A DNA stretch of 64,000 nucleotides, from assembly GCF_009914755.1 (NCBI RefSeq), contig NC_060925.1. One strand, written 5' to 3'. Source of the stretch: the human T2T-CHM13v2.0 reference genome, Homo sapiens. Shown one piece after another: positions 10,449 to 23,559 of this stretch. Below the pieces are notes generated by a model, which saw only the letters and a list, made by a program, of their open reading frames with translations, ran no database searches and was not told the DNA's origin. The position numbers and the translations under genes were made by a program. The first letter of the stretch is position 1, and the number at the start of each line of letters is the position of its first letter.

Positions 10449-10787
10449 TTAACCTTTACTACTGTGCATAATGGTATTAAAAGGTACCCAGGAGAATTCT
10501 CCTTGCCTCTGCTGTGAGCAGTGGCCTGTTTCCCTTGGTAAATTGGGACCAGTTCTTTCAGCCAGTAGGATGACCTCTTTTTCTGCCTGTTGGTTCAGTG
10601 GCACAAGGATCCTAAAGTGGCCACGTGGCAACCTCATCTTCCAATTTATTGGAATTATTGTTGTATCCCCTGGTGGAAATGTTTTCTCTCTAGGTCCTAA
10701 AACTTCCAAACAAGCAGATCTCACAAATAGCAGAAAAGGAAGCAAAAAATTCTGCAAGTGGGTTCTTAGGTGTAATGGTGCATACAA
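10449..10787 (-). pseudogene. ERV-L dUTPase remnant
   Basis: LEVLGPREKTFPPGDTTIIPINWKMRLPRGHFRILVPLNQQAEKEVILLAERTGP resembles ERV-L dUTPase as I recall it (LPPGDTTMIPLNWKLRLPPGHFGLL..QQAKKGVTVLAGVIDPDY); motif III is degraded. Confidence 0.82.
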
Positions 10788-10794
10788 AAAGTAC

Positions 10795-11165
10795 TAACCA
10801 AATAGTTAAAACATTGAAAAAGATAAACAAGAGTTTACCAAAATTTAAAACTTGCTCTGTGTGAAACACTTATTTAAAAAATGAAGAGACAAGACACCAG
10901 CTGTGGGAAAATACTTGCATTTCCCTCATTATTAATGATGTAGAGCACTTTTCATTACTTATTGGCCATGTTTTTTTCTTTTGTGAATGCCTGTCATTTT
11001 AATTGGATTTTAATCTTTTTATTACTGAGTTATGAGTGATTTATATATTCTAAATGCACATCATTTGTCAGATATATGTGTTATGAATATATTTCTCAAT
11101 CTGTGGCTTGAGATTGTGGCCTATTTATTTTTTAGAGTCTGTTTTGACTAGCAAAAGTCTTGAAT
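10795..11165. mobile_element. Old L1M fragments
   Basis: ttgcatttccctcattattaatgatgtagagcac, tatatattctaaatgcacatcatttgtcagatatatg. Confidence 0.6.
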
Positions 11166-11189
11166 TAGAGTCTGGACTTACTAAGTTAA

Positions 11190-11660
11190 AGACGTTGATT
11201 AGACATCCAATTGGAGATGTGGGCTAAGCAGTTGGATGTTAGAGTCTGGAGTTCACGGTTGAGATCCAGGCTGTAGCTGCACTTGAGGGGTTCTCAGAAT
11301 ATAGATGGATTTTAAAGCCATCAGATTGGATGCTGTCATCTAGGGAATGGGTACAGATAATGAAGAGAAGAGGGACTGGCTCTGCGTTCTAGGACACTCT
11401 GACATTAAGAGGTTGAGAGAAGAAGAAAATCCAGCAAAAGGGACTAAAGATGTTGACGAGTAAATAGGAAAATAATCAAGAAGGTGTGGTGTCTTAGAAG
11501 TGAAACCAAGAAAATATTTCCAAGAGGAGAGAGAGATCAGTAGTGACAAATGCTAGTGAAAGTCAAGTATGGTCGCAACTAAAAACCGACCCTTGGGTTT
11601 GGATACATGGATGTCATAGATGGCCTTGACAAGAGCAGTTTTGATTGCTAATGGGGCATA
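11190..11660 (-). mobile_element. L2 fragment
   Basis: tagacatccaattggagatgt...cagttggatgttagagtctggagttc...gatggattttaaagccat. Confidence 0.75.
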
Positions 11661-12779
11661 GTATCTACCATGGAGGAAGAAACCAGAAAAGGGCTGGGTT
11701 ATTTTGAGTGAGAAAATGGAGGTCTTGATTCAATCAAAGAATAATTTTAGGGAATAAGGGAATGTGAGAGCTGTATGAGCAGAAAATTATCAAAGACTTT
11801 AAGCTCTCAGAAGTTAAGTCATTCTGGTTCATGACAGCTTTGAGGGTGTAGCTATGGGTTTGCTTATCTGGTACAAATGGAGCTGAAGAACTTCAGAGTT
11901 GAGGAGTTTAAATACCTGTGAAACCCAGTGTTAGATGGGTTATGCACACAGACATTGATGTTGCCCAAGGGAAAGGCAAGAGGTGATGAGGAACAAGCCC
12001 TGAACCTGTAAAAGCAAGATATGTTCTAAGAGTGGACGGAGGGCTAAAGGACTACGATGCACTATTTAACCACCAGCCAAAATACACACTAGTCACTTTT
12101 TTTTTCTTCCTATTATCATGATTGAACATGTAAGGAATAAAGCAGCTGTTCAGAATTTTAGGGATTTACCAAAAAGAACAAATGGGCCCTGTCATGTGGG
12201 CTGTGTCATGCCATTCCTCAATGAGCTAAGATAAGTGATTCATGGGTATGAGTCACCATGACATCTGTCACATTGGATCTCTAAAGACGGTATGGATTTG
12301 CGTTGAGATGACCTTGCTTTTTAGGGCCCTGTGTGTAGGGGTGTGTGTGTATGTACGTGTGTGTGAGACTATAGCATCATGAACTAAAGAATTTGAAACT
12401 TTCTGATTTAAAATATTTAGAGAAGAAGAAAACATTCCAGATGAGACTGAATGCTCAGATTCGACTTTCATTTTTGTCTTGATAAAAAAGAGATATTAAT
12501 ACAACCTGATTCCTGAGCCATCCTCTGAACACTTACTGAGGCCCACAGCAGTGTTTCAAGTGGATACCTGGTGGTATCTTCACAGTTTAAAACAAAAATA
12601 CAATACCCTCTGTTTACTTTGCCTTGGCATACATTTTAGTTCCCTAGGTCCAGGAATTGACATCCTATAGAATCCCAAAGAAGTGTCTGGGACCACAGGA
12701 AATGTCACATCAAAGAGATAAATGATCAATGTCCGGTGCTTACATAAAAACCTTTATCACATGAAAGTGAAACGTGGGC

Positions 12780-13365
12780 TGCTGGGCTTTGGATGAGGCA
12801 GATCAGGGTTTCAGGATCAACTCTGCCACAGATCTGCCTTGAACACTTAAGCTAAGACTTTACCTCCCCTGAAATTCTGGACCATCTTTTGTAAAAATAG
12901 AAATAATATTACTCAAGTTAAAGGATTGTCATGATAATTAAATGAACAGACTTAAATGAAATCTTCTGACCCAGGCTCAGCAAATATTGATTTCTTTCCC
13001 TTCCTCCTGTCTTCCCTTCTTCAGTAAGAGAGAAGCCTATTTGAGTGTCAAAAACTGCCTCAAACCCAAAAGACAATGCATTAGAAAATGCCCTGGAAAT
13101 TATAAACTATATCATTGTGTCATGCTAATTAAAAAGTGCCTAAGCTGCCAGTAGGCCCAGGTTGGGTTCAAGTCTATACTTCACAATTTATTGGATGTGT
13201 GACTGTTGGTAATTAATGTACCTAGCCTCAGTTTTCTCCTCTGTACAATGGGATAACAGCCCCTATCTCAGATGGTGGTCACTGAAAAGTTTCAATCAAA
13301 GAATGTGTATAATGTGCTCAACAAGGTTTTTATCATGTAGTAGCATGTACTCAAAAGCTGTTAGC
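12780..13365 (+). mobile_element. Two MIR fragments (~12780-12960 and ~13150-13365)
   Basis: MIR cores, e.g. gcctcagttttctcctctgtacaatgggataac. Confidence 0.65.
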
Positions 13366-14801
13366 TAGAAGATCCACCTTTTAACTATCTTGGTTATGAT
13401 CTAATTCTACTCTTTCTCCCAGAAGTAATAGGGAAAGTTAAAGGGAAGGTAGAGGAACAAAACAGTTTTAGAGGTCTTGCTCTTGTCTTGGTAACAGAGA
13501 AGCCCATTCTAAACACCTACCACGTGCCCTCCACCTCATCTGGCAATAGCACTCCTAGAGAGCACAGATTCCACCGTCACTGTGACAATGAACAGGTGGG
13601 TGTGGGGAGGGGCTCTCTGAGAGATGTTCACACACACACACACATGCACACACACCAGCTTGGAAACCCAGGACAAAACATCCAAAAGCCCCTCAAAAAT
13701 GAAAAAAAAAAATTGGTCCAGCCAATTTTGGTGAAAAATATCTGAGTTTCAGAGCAATTGTAGAAAAAAGTCTGGGAGGCTACAAAGCACCAGGCAGCAC
13801 CTCCAGACCAAAGGGGATGGCCAAGCCCTGGGTATGCTGTGGAGAATCGGGTCTGCAGGTGCTCAACACCAGGGTGCATGGTGGTGCTTCTCTTCCCTCT
13901 TACCCCCACAGGTCTGGGATTCTACAGAAGTATAAATTGAAGGGTGAGAGGTCTTCTTGGGTTTTTGGCAGGGAGCTTCTAGTTGTGGTTTGTTTAGTTT
14001 TTAAAGATAAAAATAGTAGTGATATATGTATATAGGGTGTGTATTTGTGTGTAATGGTAGTGAAAGATGGTGTTGAATCACTTTGAAAGCTTTGCTAAAC
14101 TAAACATAGTTGACCTTTCCTCTACCCATTCCTAAAACACGAAGGTTCTAATTCAATAATTCTGTTGAGAGGTCTGGATGTAAGTCTTTGGAAAAAGAGT
14201 TCAATTCTTTGAGACTTTGATTCATGAGACTCCCCAGGCAGCAGAGAGAACCAGTAAAAGAATATCAGCAAAGCCATCTCTACCTACCCCCAGTTTGTTT
14301 AGAAGCAGAAAGTTAAAGTAATCCAGAACTCTTCCATGCAGGGCAGGAGCATTCAGTCCACAAGAGGCTTCCAGATTACCCATTATGTTACCCATTAATA
14401 TTTTGCTACTCTCAATACCGTGTTTTCTTTCTTCTTTCCCTGCTTTGCTTTAATCCTCCCTCTGTTTTTTTATTCTTTCCCCTTTCTCTGCTTCCTATTA
14501 GCTTCTATGATATTTGCAGGGCTGGTCAGCATAATATTAAGGAAGTTTTTGCCACTGCTCTATTTTAATGCCCTCCCACCAGGGCTCCCTCAGGGGCCCT
14601 CCATTGCACCTTCATTGTGATGCTCTTTAGTTGCTGCTGTTTCCCACAGTATAGCAGGGAAGGGGCTCATCTGCACCTGCCCTCTCTTTGCTGGTGACAC
14701 ACTGTTCTGCCCAGGCTGATCCCTGCCCCTCTTCCTGCCACCCTCATCCATGCTAACCTCCATTCTGATGTTCCTGCTTCCCAAGACACCATGGTGGAGA
14801 G

Positions 14802-14986
14802 CAGTGCTTCTCCAACTTAAGCTTGCACCGGAAGCCTTTGGAAGGCTTGTTGAAACTGATCGCTGAACCCCAATCCTCAAGGTTCTATTTCTAAATCTGA
14901 GTTAGAGCCCACGACTTTGCTTTTCTAACAAATTCCCAGGTGATATAAAGGCTGCTGGTCCAGAGACCACACTTTGAGAACCACTG
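14802..14986. mobile_element. MER5A-type hAT MITE
   Basis: TIRs cagtgcttctc...gagaaccactg; ttctaacaaattcccaggtgat...gctgctggtccagagaccacacttt. Confidence 0.8.
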
Positions 14987-16577
14987 ATGGTGAGGAAAGA
15001 ATGGACATGGGGGCCAACCTCTGCTAACTTTCATTTCTAGTTTAGCTGCTGATCAGTTGAGTGACCCAAGCAATTTATTTGCCCCCCTGAGAGGCTTGGT
15101 TTTCTCAGTTGTAAAAATATGTTGACAATAACTTTCCAGTACTGTTATTAAATAGGACATTGTCTTTCTGGTCTTCTCTGTGAGAATCAGAAGTTATTCA
15201 ATAGGATCAGAAACACTGAGCTCACCTTATCAGCAATTGCTAGTTATGCAAGCATTACTGCCACCAATACCAATGTCATATGGCGACTGCAAATGTGTGG
15301 CCTTGGCTCATGTGGGAAACCACTTAAATATACAATCCCAGGATTCTCTCACCTTCCCCTGACACTTAGGCTTCCTATAAATATATAGTTTAAGTAGAGA
15401 AGGGAAAAAAGTCACTTTCATCTTCCTGGTTCTCACTCCCCTTCCTCCCTTATTCATGCCTTTCATTCTGGAATCATGTAGCTAATTCTAAAGGGCACAT
15501 TTTGTCCTTAGAAGGTATGTGCAGGGCTTACATTCCTGTGCTCAAAAGAGAGTGTGGTCTAATGGGTAGGAAGTGGGTGTGGAAGGAATGGTAGGTTCTA
15601 TTTAAAGCCTCCCTACTGACTCACGGAGGCATCTAGGGAAATGGCTTAACTTTTCTGAGACTTGGGTTCCCTCTTGTTAAAAAAAGGACAGATAACCCCT
15701 TCTTAGCAGGGTGCTTCTGAGGACAGAGAACTTAGTGTTTGAGAAGCACTTGGAGGTGGGGAGCTATCTGATCATATAAATATGGAATCTAGAGATGCAC
15801 ATTCTTTCTCCACCTTCTCACAAGCTTTATACAATGATTCTGTCCAGCCAGTTAGGCAGGTCAAGATCCCATCCTGACCCATCTGGAGACTTAGAGATTG
15901 GTAACATTTGGGAAAATAAAAAAATTTTAAGCATTCCTGCTGGGCCTACATCTCATTTCCCCTGAGATGTGGGGTAAGGAGAAGGCAGGTGCAGGAGAGT
16001 CATGGCCCAGGTGTCTGAATATAAGCAGTCTCGGCCTGGCTGTTACCATCTTGAGGTCTTGGGCCAGAGCCTGCCCCACTCTGAGTTTAAAGCTCTGATT
16101 ATCTCTGACTCTGCTGCCAGCTCTTTGACACCCCAAGGTTCTATAGTGCTGAGTAGTGAAGTCTTTTGGAAGTAAATAGAAAATAGCTTTTGTTTCCTAC
16201 TAGGAGATCACAATTCCACCTGCACTGTCTTTTCCACCTTCCCATGGAGAGGCTCCCATGCATCAGCTATTTACTATTTCAGTTTTTTAATGGAGTTCTT
16301 ACTTGCCTTGGGCTAGAGACTGAGCTAGAACTGGGAATACAAAAGATAAGACAAGGTACCGGCCTGTGAAGCATACCATCTAGCAAGAGAAATGGCTCCT
16401 TGGAGAATGGCAGCACAGAGGAGAGTTAACCCCCACTGAGAGTTTGAAAAGGGCTTCAAAGAATAAAAAGGAAGAAAAAGGAAACTATGGCTTATTGGGA
16501 TAAAAAATTAAATGGCTTATTCACCTATTTTGCCAAGTACAAAGCTAGTTGCTTTATGTACATAAATGTATTTATCC

Positions 16578-16954
16578 TATGAAAATGCTTAATAGGAGGC
16601 CAGTAGGCTGCAGAAACTCCAGCACCCTGGGTCTCTTCCTAAGCAAACCAAAACCCAACTCAATGTAAACAGTGAAACAAAGCTTAAGCTTATCCTATCA
16701 GAAATCACCAAGTAGCTTCTAACTAGGGACTTTACCAATCAGAAACCACCAACTAATCTCTAACTAGGGACTTTCCATTTTAACCAATCAAATGCTTCCT
16801 CTGTCTTTCTTTCACAAACACCGTATAAAAGTATCCCCTTCGCACCCCTTCAGTGGAGTGCCAAACCACTTGTGGTCTAATGCTGCCCAGGTCATGAAAT
16901 GCTGAATGCTCAAACTCATTAGAATGTTAATATGCCTAAGTTCATTTTTTAACA
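16578..16954 (+). mobile_element. Solo ERV LTR (LTR47-like) inserted in a MIR
   Basis: Ends ttaaca; atcc flanks both ends (16574-16577, 16955-16958); internal tataaaa and repeated ccaatcagaaaccacc...taactagggacttt. Confidence 0.7.
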
Positions 16955-17420
16955 ATCCTTACATTAATCTTAAGAGGTAGATATTGTTTTCCACAATATA
17001 AAGCTAAGCAAAGTTGGGCATGAAGAGAGTAATACATTCCCTTGTGTCCACAGAGTTAGCACATGATGGGGCAGTGATCAGGCCAAGGTGTATTGGATTC
17101 TATAGCATTCCCTCTTCGAGATGTGAAATTTTACCTGGACCCTAAACAATCACAAAGATGTCTCCCATTAGTGAAGGGGAAGTTTCTCCGAGTAGAAGGA
17201 GCTAAAAGAACAAAATCAGAGAGTTTGGATTACACTAGTGGTCACAACGTAAAGGCAGACACAGGCAGTCTCAGGACATAAGGTTGGAAGACAGGTAACT
17301 CCAAATGTTCTAGATGCTCTTCTGGGCTGCTGTGCTCTAGGGACTGAGGAGCTATGGAAATGGGAGCAACTTGACTTGATTTTTGCCCTTTAAAGCTGCT
17401 TCTTTAACAACAGTGTAAAG

Positions 17421-17934
17421 CAGTGGTCCCCAACATTTTCGACATCAGGGACAGGTTTGTGGAAGACAATTTTTCCACAGACCGGATTGGAGGGATGAAT
17501 GAAGTGTATTACATTTATTGTCCACTTTATTTCTATTATTATTACCTTGTAATATATAATGAAATAATTTTACAACTCATCATAATGTATAATCAGTGGG
17601 AGCCCTGAGCCTGTTTTTCTGCACTACAAGGTCCCATCTAGGGGTGATGGGAGACAGTGACAGATCCTCAGTCATTACAGTCTCATAAGGAGCACACAAC
17701 CTAGATCCCTTGCATGCACAGTTCACAATAGGGTTCATGCTTCTATTAGAATCCAATGCCAACACTGATCTCACAGGAGGTGGAGCTCAGGTGGTAATGC
17801 CAGTGATGAGGAGCAGCTGTAAATACAGATGAAATTTTGCTTGATTGCCTGTCTCTCACCTGCTACTGTGAGGCCTGGTTCCTAACAGGCCATAGACTGA
17901 TACTGGTCCATGGCCCAGGGATTGGAGACCCCTG
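17421..17934 (+). mobile_element. MER1A hAT-Charlie MITE
   Basis: cagtggtccccaac...ggggattggagacccctg TIRs; 8-bp TSD gtgtaaag/gtggaaag; 514 bp. Confidence 0.88.
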
Positions 17935-20136
17935 GTGGAAAGGATGAATTAGAAAAGAGTGAGATTGTGTTCATTCATTTACTCATTTGCAGGCACTCAT
18001 GAAATGATACTGGGGAAAGGAGACCAGTGAAAAAATGACAGCAGTAGCCCAGAAGAGAGATGATGAGGACATGAGCCAAGCTCTTGCTTCCCTGTCTTTG
18101 ACATTTCAGTACATGGAGAAGACCTAGGAAAGCCCATAGGGCATATGCTTGGAATTCTGAGAGCTATCGGGAGGTCTAAAGTAACCCCTGAGCCAAGATC
18201 TTTGGGGCTACATAATAGAAATGAATTTAAACTAGACCTGAAGGTTTGTACCTTTTTACAAGAATGCTTCAGAAACAGACCTGGTCCTCAAAGCTTCAAG
18301 GCCCAATGGGGATTCTTATCTCCTTTGGGAAGGAACTAGGGAGTCTTGATTCAAATGTCTCCGGACCCTCCCGAATATATATCCTCTTAACAGAAGAAAG
18401 AGCTGTTCTCGCTTAACCAGGCCTCTAATGCTAGTTAGAAAAAGAACAGGGTTCTAAGACATCAACTGCTTGCCTGAAAGGGGAAGAGAATCAGCTGACT
18501 CATATACTGGTCCTTTTAGGCTGCATGGTTTGAGTCATGATGCTCAGGAGAGTTTCCAGCACAGCAGACCTCAGGGAAGGCAGGGCTTAAATCCAGGTAG
18601 CCCACTGTGGAGTCAGGAAAGCTGTAGGGACAAACTGGAAGTTGATGGCAGAGAGGTGTTTTCACTGAGGTGCAGATCAACACAGCACCATCCTACAGCC
18701 CCATGGAGTCCAAAGGGAGGCCAAGAGGATGTGGAAAGAGTGAGATGGTACACCCACTTCCTAGAGTTGCACTGACTTTTAGAGTTGCACTGACTCTAAA
18801 AGTGATCAGAAAATGGAAATGATGGTGTTTCCTGTTCAGTTTGAGACCCAAGTAACTGGCCTCATCTTCACCTCTATCAAAGAACTCACTTCTCAACTTG
18901 ACTCTCAACCAGTACCTATTCTTCCTCCCATTACTTAGATGGGCGACAAGGTTAATGCACAGCTCACTAAGAGTTAGATAACCTAGAAGAGTCAGAAGAG
19001 TTCTGGTTCCTTCTCTGCCACTTACTAGATCTCTGGCTTAGCCTCATTTGCTTTGTCTTTTTATTACAAAAACAAAGAAACTATAAAATGATGGGTTTAG
19101 AAGAACAGACTTCCCTTTAAGGTCTCTTCCAGTTATAACAATCTCTTATTTGATTCATTCTCCAAGCCTCCCACTCCTTACTGCACTTATTTTAATCTTT
19201 TTTTTTCTCCTTTCTCTGTGTTTTCTTGCTTATGAAATGAGTGTGTGTGAGTAATGTTCATATGCTGATGAACACAGTTGGGTCTTTGTCGTCTGTGATA
19301 ATGAGAAATGGATCATGTGGATAACCCCAAACTGAAAACACTGTTCAAGTATGTGACGGAGGAACATTCCAGTCTGACTAACAATCTAATGTTTAGTTAG
19401 GGCTGCACTCACTGAGTATCCATTATCTAGTTAGCAGGATGGGCAGAGAGAAGTTAACTGGGTTAACTGGGTTAGTTTGTGAAAAATAGGGACTGATGCT
19501 GCGATGTGCACATTGGCCGAGTCTCCTCCACTAAGCAATGGCTTGTTTTGTAAATTAGACTTGCTTGGTTTGTGCGATTAATACTACAATGGCCAGTGTT
19601 TAGGACATGCCCAGGGACAGGAGTGGAGGCTGCAGTAAGAAAAGAAAAGATAATTGCTAGAGATTTTAGGAGACTGAGGGACTCAGAACCAAGAAGGGTC
19701 ACAGTACCTTGGGTCAAGAGTGGCTCAGCCAGCAGTGACGAGGGCATGGCCCCTCCTCTGGGCTCTGCTGTCACCTTGATTCACCCTACAGGTGGCTCTG
19801 CACTAAGGAAACCCCCTTGGACATTTACCAGATGGAATTAGACCTCACAGATAGGGGAGCCACTGTGTGCCCATATGCACCTCTGATTCTGCAGCCTGGC
19901 CAGGCCAGCTTTTCTGGAATGAAAATGGGTAAGAGGATGCTTCAGGGCTATTTGTGACCATTTCCCTAGGACTCATGTCCTGCTATGCTCCCTGCCCACT
20001 CCACTAGCAATCTGGTCTCTAACAAGCCCCTCATGCTCAATTACCCCTTATCAGTTGGTGGAGACATGTGGCATGGGTGTCTCAGGTGAGTTTAAATGTA
20101 AATTTGAGCTGAGTCAAGATATTATACAAAGCTTGT

Positions 20137-20401
20137 GGGAGGCTGAGGTGGGCAGATCACTTGAGATCAGGAGAGTTCGAGACCAGCCTGGCCAACATGG
20201 TAAAACCCCGTCTCTACTGAAAATACAAAAATTAGCCAGGTGTGGTGGGGGCGGGGGGGGCACCTGTATTCCCAGCTACTTGAGAGGCTGAAGCCAGAGA
20301 ATCACTTGAACCCAGGAGGCAAAGGTTGCAGTGAGCCTAGATCGTGCCATTGCACTCCAGCCTGGGTGACAGAGACTTGGTCTCAAAAAAAAAAAAAAAA
20401 A
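20137..20401 (+). mobile_element. 5'-truncated AluS with a 21-bp TSD
   Basis: Begins at gggaggctgag; aagatattatacaaagcttgt at 20116-20136 and 20402-20422. Confidence 0.93.
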
Positions 20402-20441
20402 AAGATATTATACAAAGCTTGTTCTGTTCATAAAAGGTTGA

Positions 20442-20636
<195 letters not shown>

Positions 20637-21065
20637 TAAACTTTGATTTCTCTTTTATTATAAAGGTAACATGTTTGTTACCTTTTGCTACCATGTTTGT
20701 TACATGGTTGTATTTGGAAAATATAGTAGAAGTATACAAAAGAAAATGTAGACTTGTTATACTGTAACACCCAGCCAGAGATAAGCACTATTAATGCTTT
20801 GGCATATTATTTGTATTGTCTTTCTGATAAATAGAGATAAGATAGATGTCATTGTATATAGTTTCATATCTTACATTTTCTAACAATTTTGTAAGCATGT
20901 TCTTGTCATTTAGTTTTTTTAATGTTATATGTTAATGTCTCCATAATAATTTAATTACATCTGTGTACAACAATTTATTAAGCATTTCTTTGTTATTGAG
21001 AGAGTGTTTCTAACCCTTTGCTTATCTTATATAATGTAGCAATGAAAACCCTCTTGCGTGAATAG

Positions 21066-21600
<535 letters not shown>

Positions 21601-21872
21601 TGATAACAAAGTTTTATTGAAATTTTCTTGAGTTTATTTTGTGTGGTTGAAAACTCTGTGTATGTTTATAGAATGCTCTATTTATAATCTTTGCCCATTT
21701 TTCTTTCCTAGTGAAATATTCTTATTTATTTATATGAGCTTTCATGAGATTTATATGAGATATATATATACATGCATATGTATATTAATCCTTTGCTATC
21801 TATGCTGCAAATTTTTTCTACATGTTTTCTGTCTTTTAATTTTGCTAATGATTTCAACATTAAAAAGTTTTA

Positions 21873-22187
21873 GGCTGGGCACGGTGGCTCACGCCTGTAA
21901 GCCCAGCACTTTGGGAGGCCAAGGCAGGCACATCACTTGAGGTCAGGAGTTCAAGACCAGCCTGACCAACATAGCCAAACCCTGTCTGTCCTAGAAGTAC
22001 AAAAAAATTAACCAGGCATGGTATGTGTGCCTGTAATACCAGATACTCAGGAGTCTGAAGCAGGAGAATTGCTTGAACCCGGGAAGCAGAGGTTGCAGTG
22101 AGCCAAGATCTCACCACTGTACTCCAGCCTGGGCAACAGAGTGGGACTCCATCTGAAAAAACAAAAACAAAAACAAAAAACAAAAAA
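21873..22187 (+). mobile_element. AluS
   Basis: Full dimer with (CAAAAA)n tail. Confidence 0.93.
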
Positions 22188-22469
22188 GAACCCCTTAAAT
22201 TTACTTGTATTCAAATCTTTGCTTTTACCTTGTAATTTCTTCCATGCTTTTTGTTTATAATTCCTTCTCCACTTTGAAGACAGGAGAATATTTATTTGTA
22301 TTTTGAGATGTTTTATTTTTTGTAATTAACTTGATAATTCATCTTGTGTTTATTTTACATGTAGCACGAGGTGAAGATTTAACTGGCGATCATTCCCCAA
22401 ACTGTTTGCTGACTAATCCATTTGTGTGTGGTTTTCCTTATCATGTATTAGATCCCCACACACATCATG

Positions 22470-23191
22470 GGTGTCTTGGCCTATACCCCAAACTCCCTTT
22501 CAGGAATGAAGGACTTTGTTTCTCCAGCAGCTAGAAGACAGCTCTCAGCTGCCAGTTCTTTGGGGATTGACTCTGCAGAAAAAAAAAAAAAAATCTGCCT
22601 GAAAAAGAATCTAAATGACCTTCTAAGCCCCACAGCTCCCTATGTGGTGTGTGGCTGCAGCCTTTCTTGGGACTGAATCACAGCTCAACTTATCTCTGTG
22701 CTCAATTTCACTTCTGTCCTCTCCTTCCATGCTCACCCCAAGCACACTCCCTAATGAATGTCTGATATGGTCTGGCTGTGTGTCCCAACTCAAATCTCCT
22801 CTTGCATTGTAATCCAAATTATAATCCCTATATGTTGAGGGAGGGACCTCACGGGAAGTGATTAGATCATGGGGGCAGTTCCCCCATGCTGTCCTCATGA
22901 TAGTGAGTAAGTTCTCATGCTATCCGATGGTTTTATAAAGGGCTTTTCCCCCACTTCACTCTTCACTCATTCTCTCTCCTGCCACCCCGTAAAGAGGTGC
23001 TTTCTGCCATGATTGTAAGTTTCCTGAGGCCTCCCCAGCCAGGCAGAACTGTGAGTCAATTAAACCTCTTTTCTTTATAAATTACCCAGTCTCGGATATT
23101 TCTTCATAGCCGCATGAGAACTGACTAATACAAAGTCCTACAACCTAATCTCCATATCAGAGTCAGCTTCCAGGGAGTACAGCCTATGACA
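22470..23191 (+). mobile_element. LTR16-type ERV-L solo LTR interrupted by THE1
   Basis: atcacagctcaacttatctctgtgctcaat...cactccctaatgaa [THE1] ctaatctccatatcagagtcagcttcc...cctatgaca. Confidence 0.7.
22763..23132 (+). mobile_element. THE1 (THE1C/D-like) MaLR solo LTR
   Basis: tgatatggtctggctgtgt...gaactgtgagtcaattaaacctcttttctttataaattacccagtctc...ctaataca; TSD atgtc/aagtc. Confidence 0.92.
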
Positions 23192-23197
23192 TACATA

Positions 23198-23538
23198 AAG
23201 GCCCATGATCTGCAATCCAAAATTTCAAAATTAGTAAAGTTCTAAAAAGCACATTTTTTTTTCTTTTTCATGAGTTTCGTGCCAACGTTCACTTGGGAAC
23301 AAAATATGACTTGAATCAGTTGGAGGCTGTTTGTAGTTTTTATGTGTCCTACTGAGTTTCATTACAGAAATATCAATATGTTTGTTTATGTAGTACTGGT
23401 CCTGACCCCACTGGGTTCTGAGGTCTATGAAGTATTCAGTAATATTTAGGATATAACCAAATTACCTTTCTGAAATTCAAATTTTAAATTCACAAACATA
23501 TGTAACCCCAAGAATTTAAGACAAAGGACAGTGGGCCT
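23198..23538 (+). mobile_element. MER46C-like Tigger MITE
   Basis: aggcccatgat...gtgggcct inverted ends; attacctttctgaaattcaaa; cagaaatatcaatatgtttg. Confidence 0.65.
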
Positions 23539-23559
23539 ATATGGGATATATTTTGAAAT

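Larger units (their letters stand above)
10132..10790 (-). mobile_element. ERV-L internal region fragment (continues at ~8475-8783 across HSMAR2)
   Basis: Contains the ERV-L dUTPase remnant; collinear with the LTR at ~8070-8474 on the same strand. Confidence 0.7.

Noticed and set aside
13888-13950. Strong acceptor (ccccacag|G at 13912) with a donor 32 nt later
   Set aside because: An isolated micro-exon signal with no other support; expected by chance in 64 kb.
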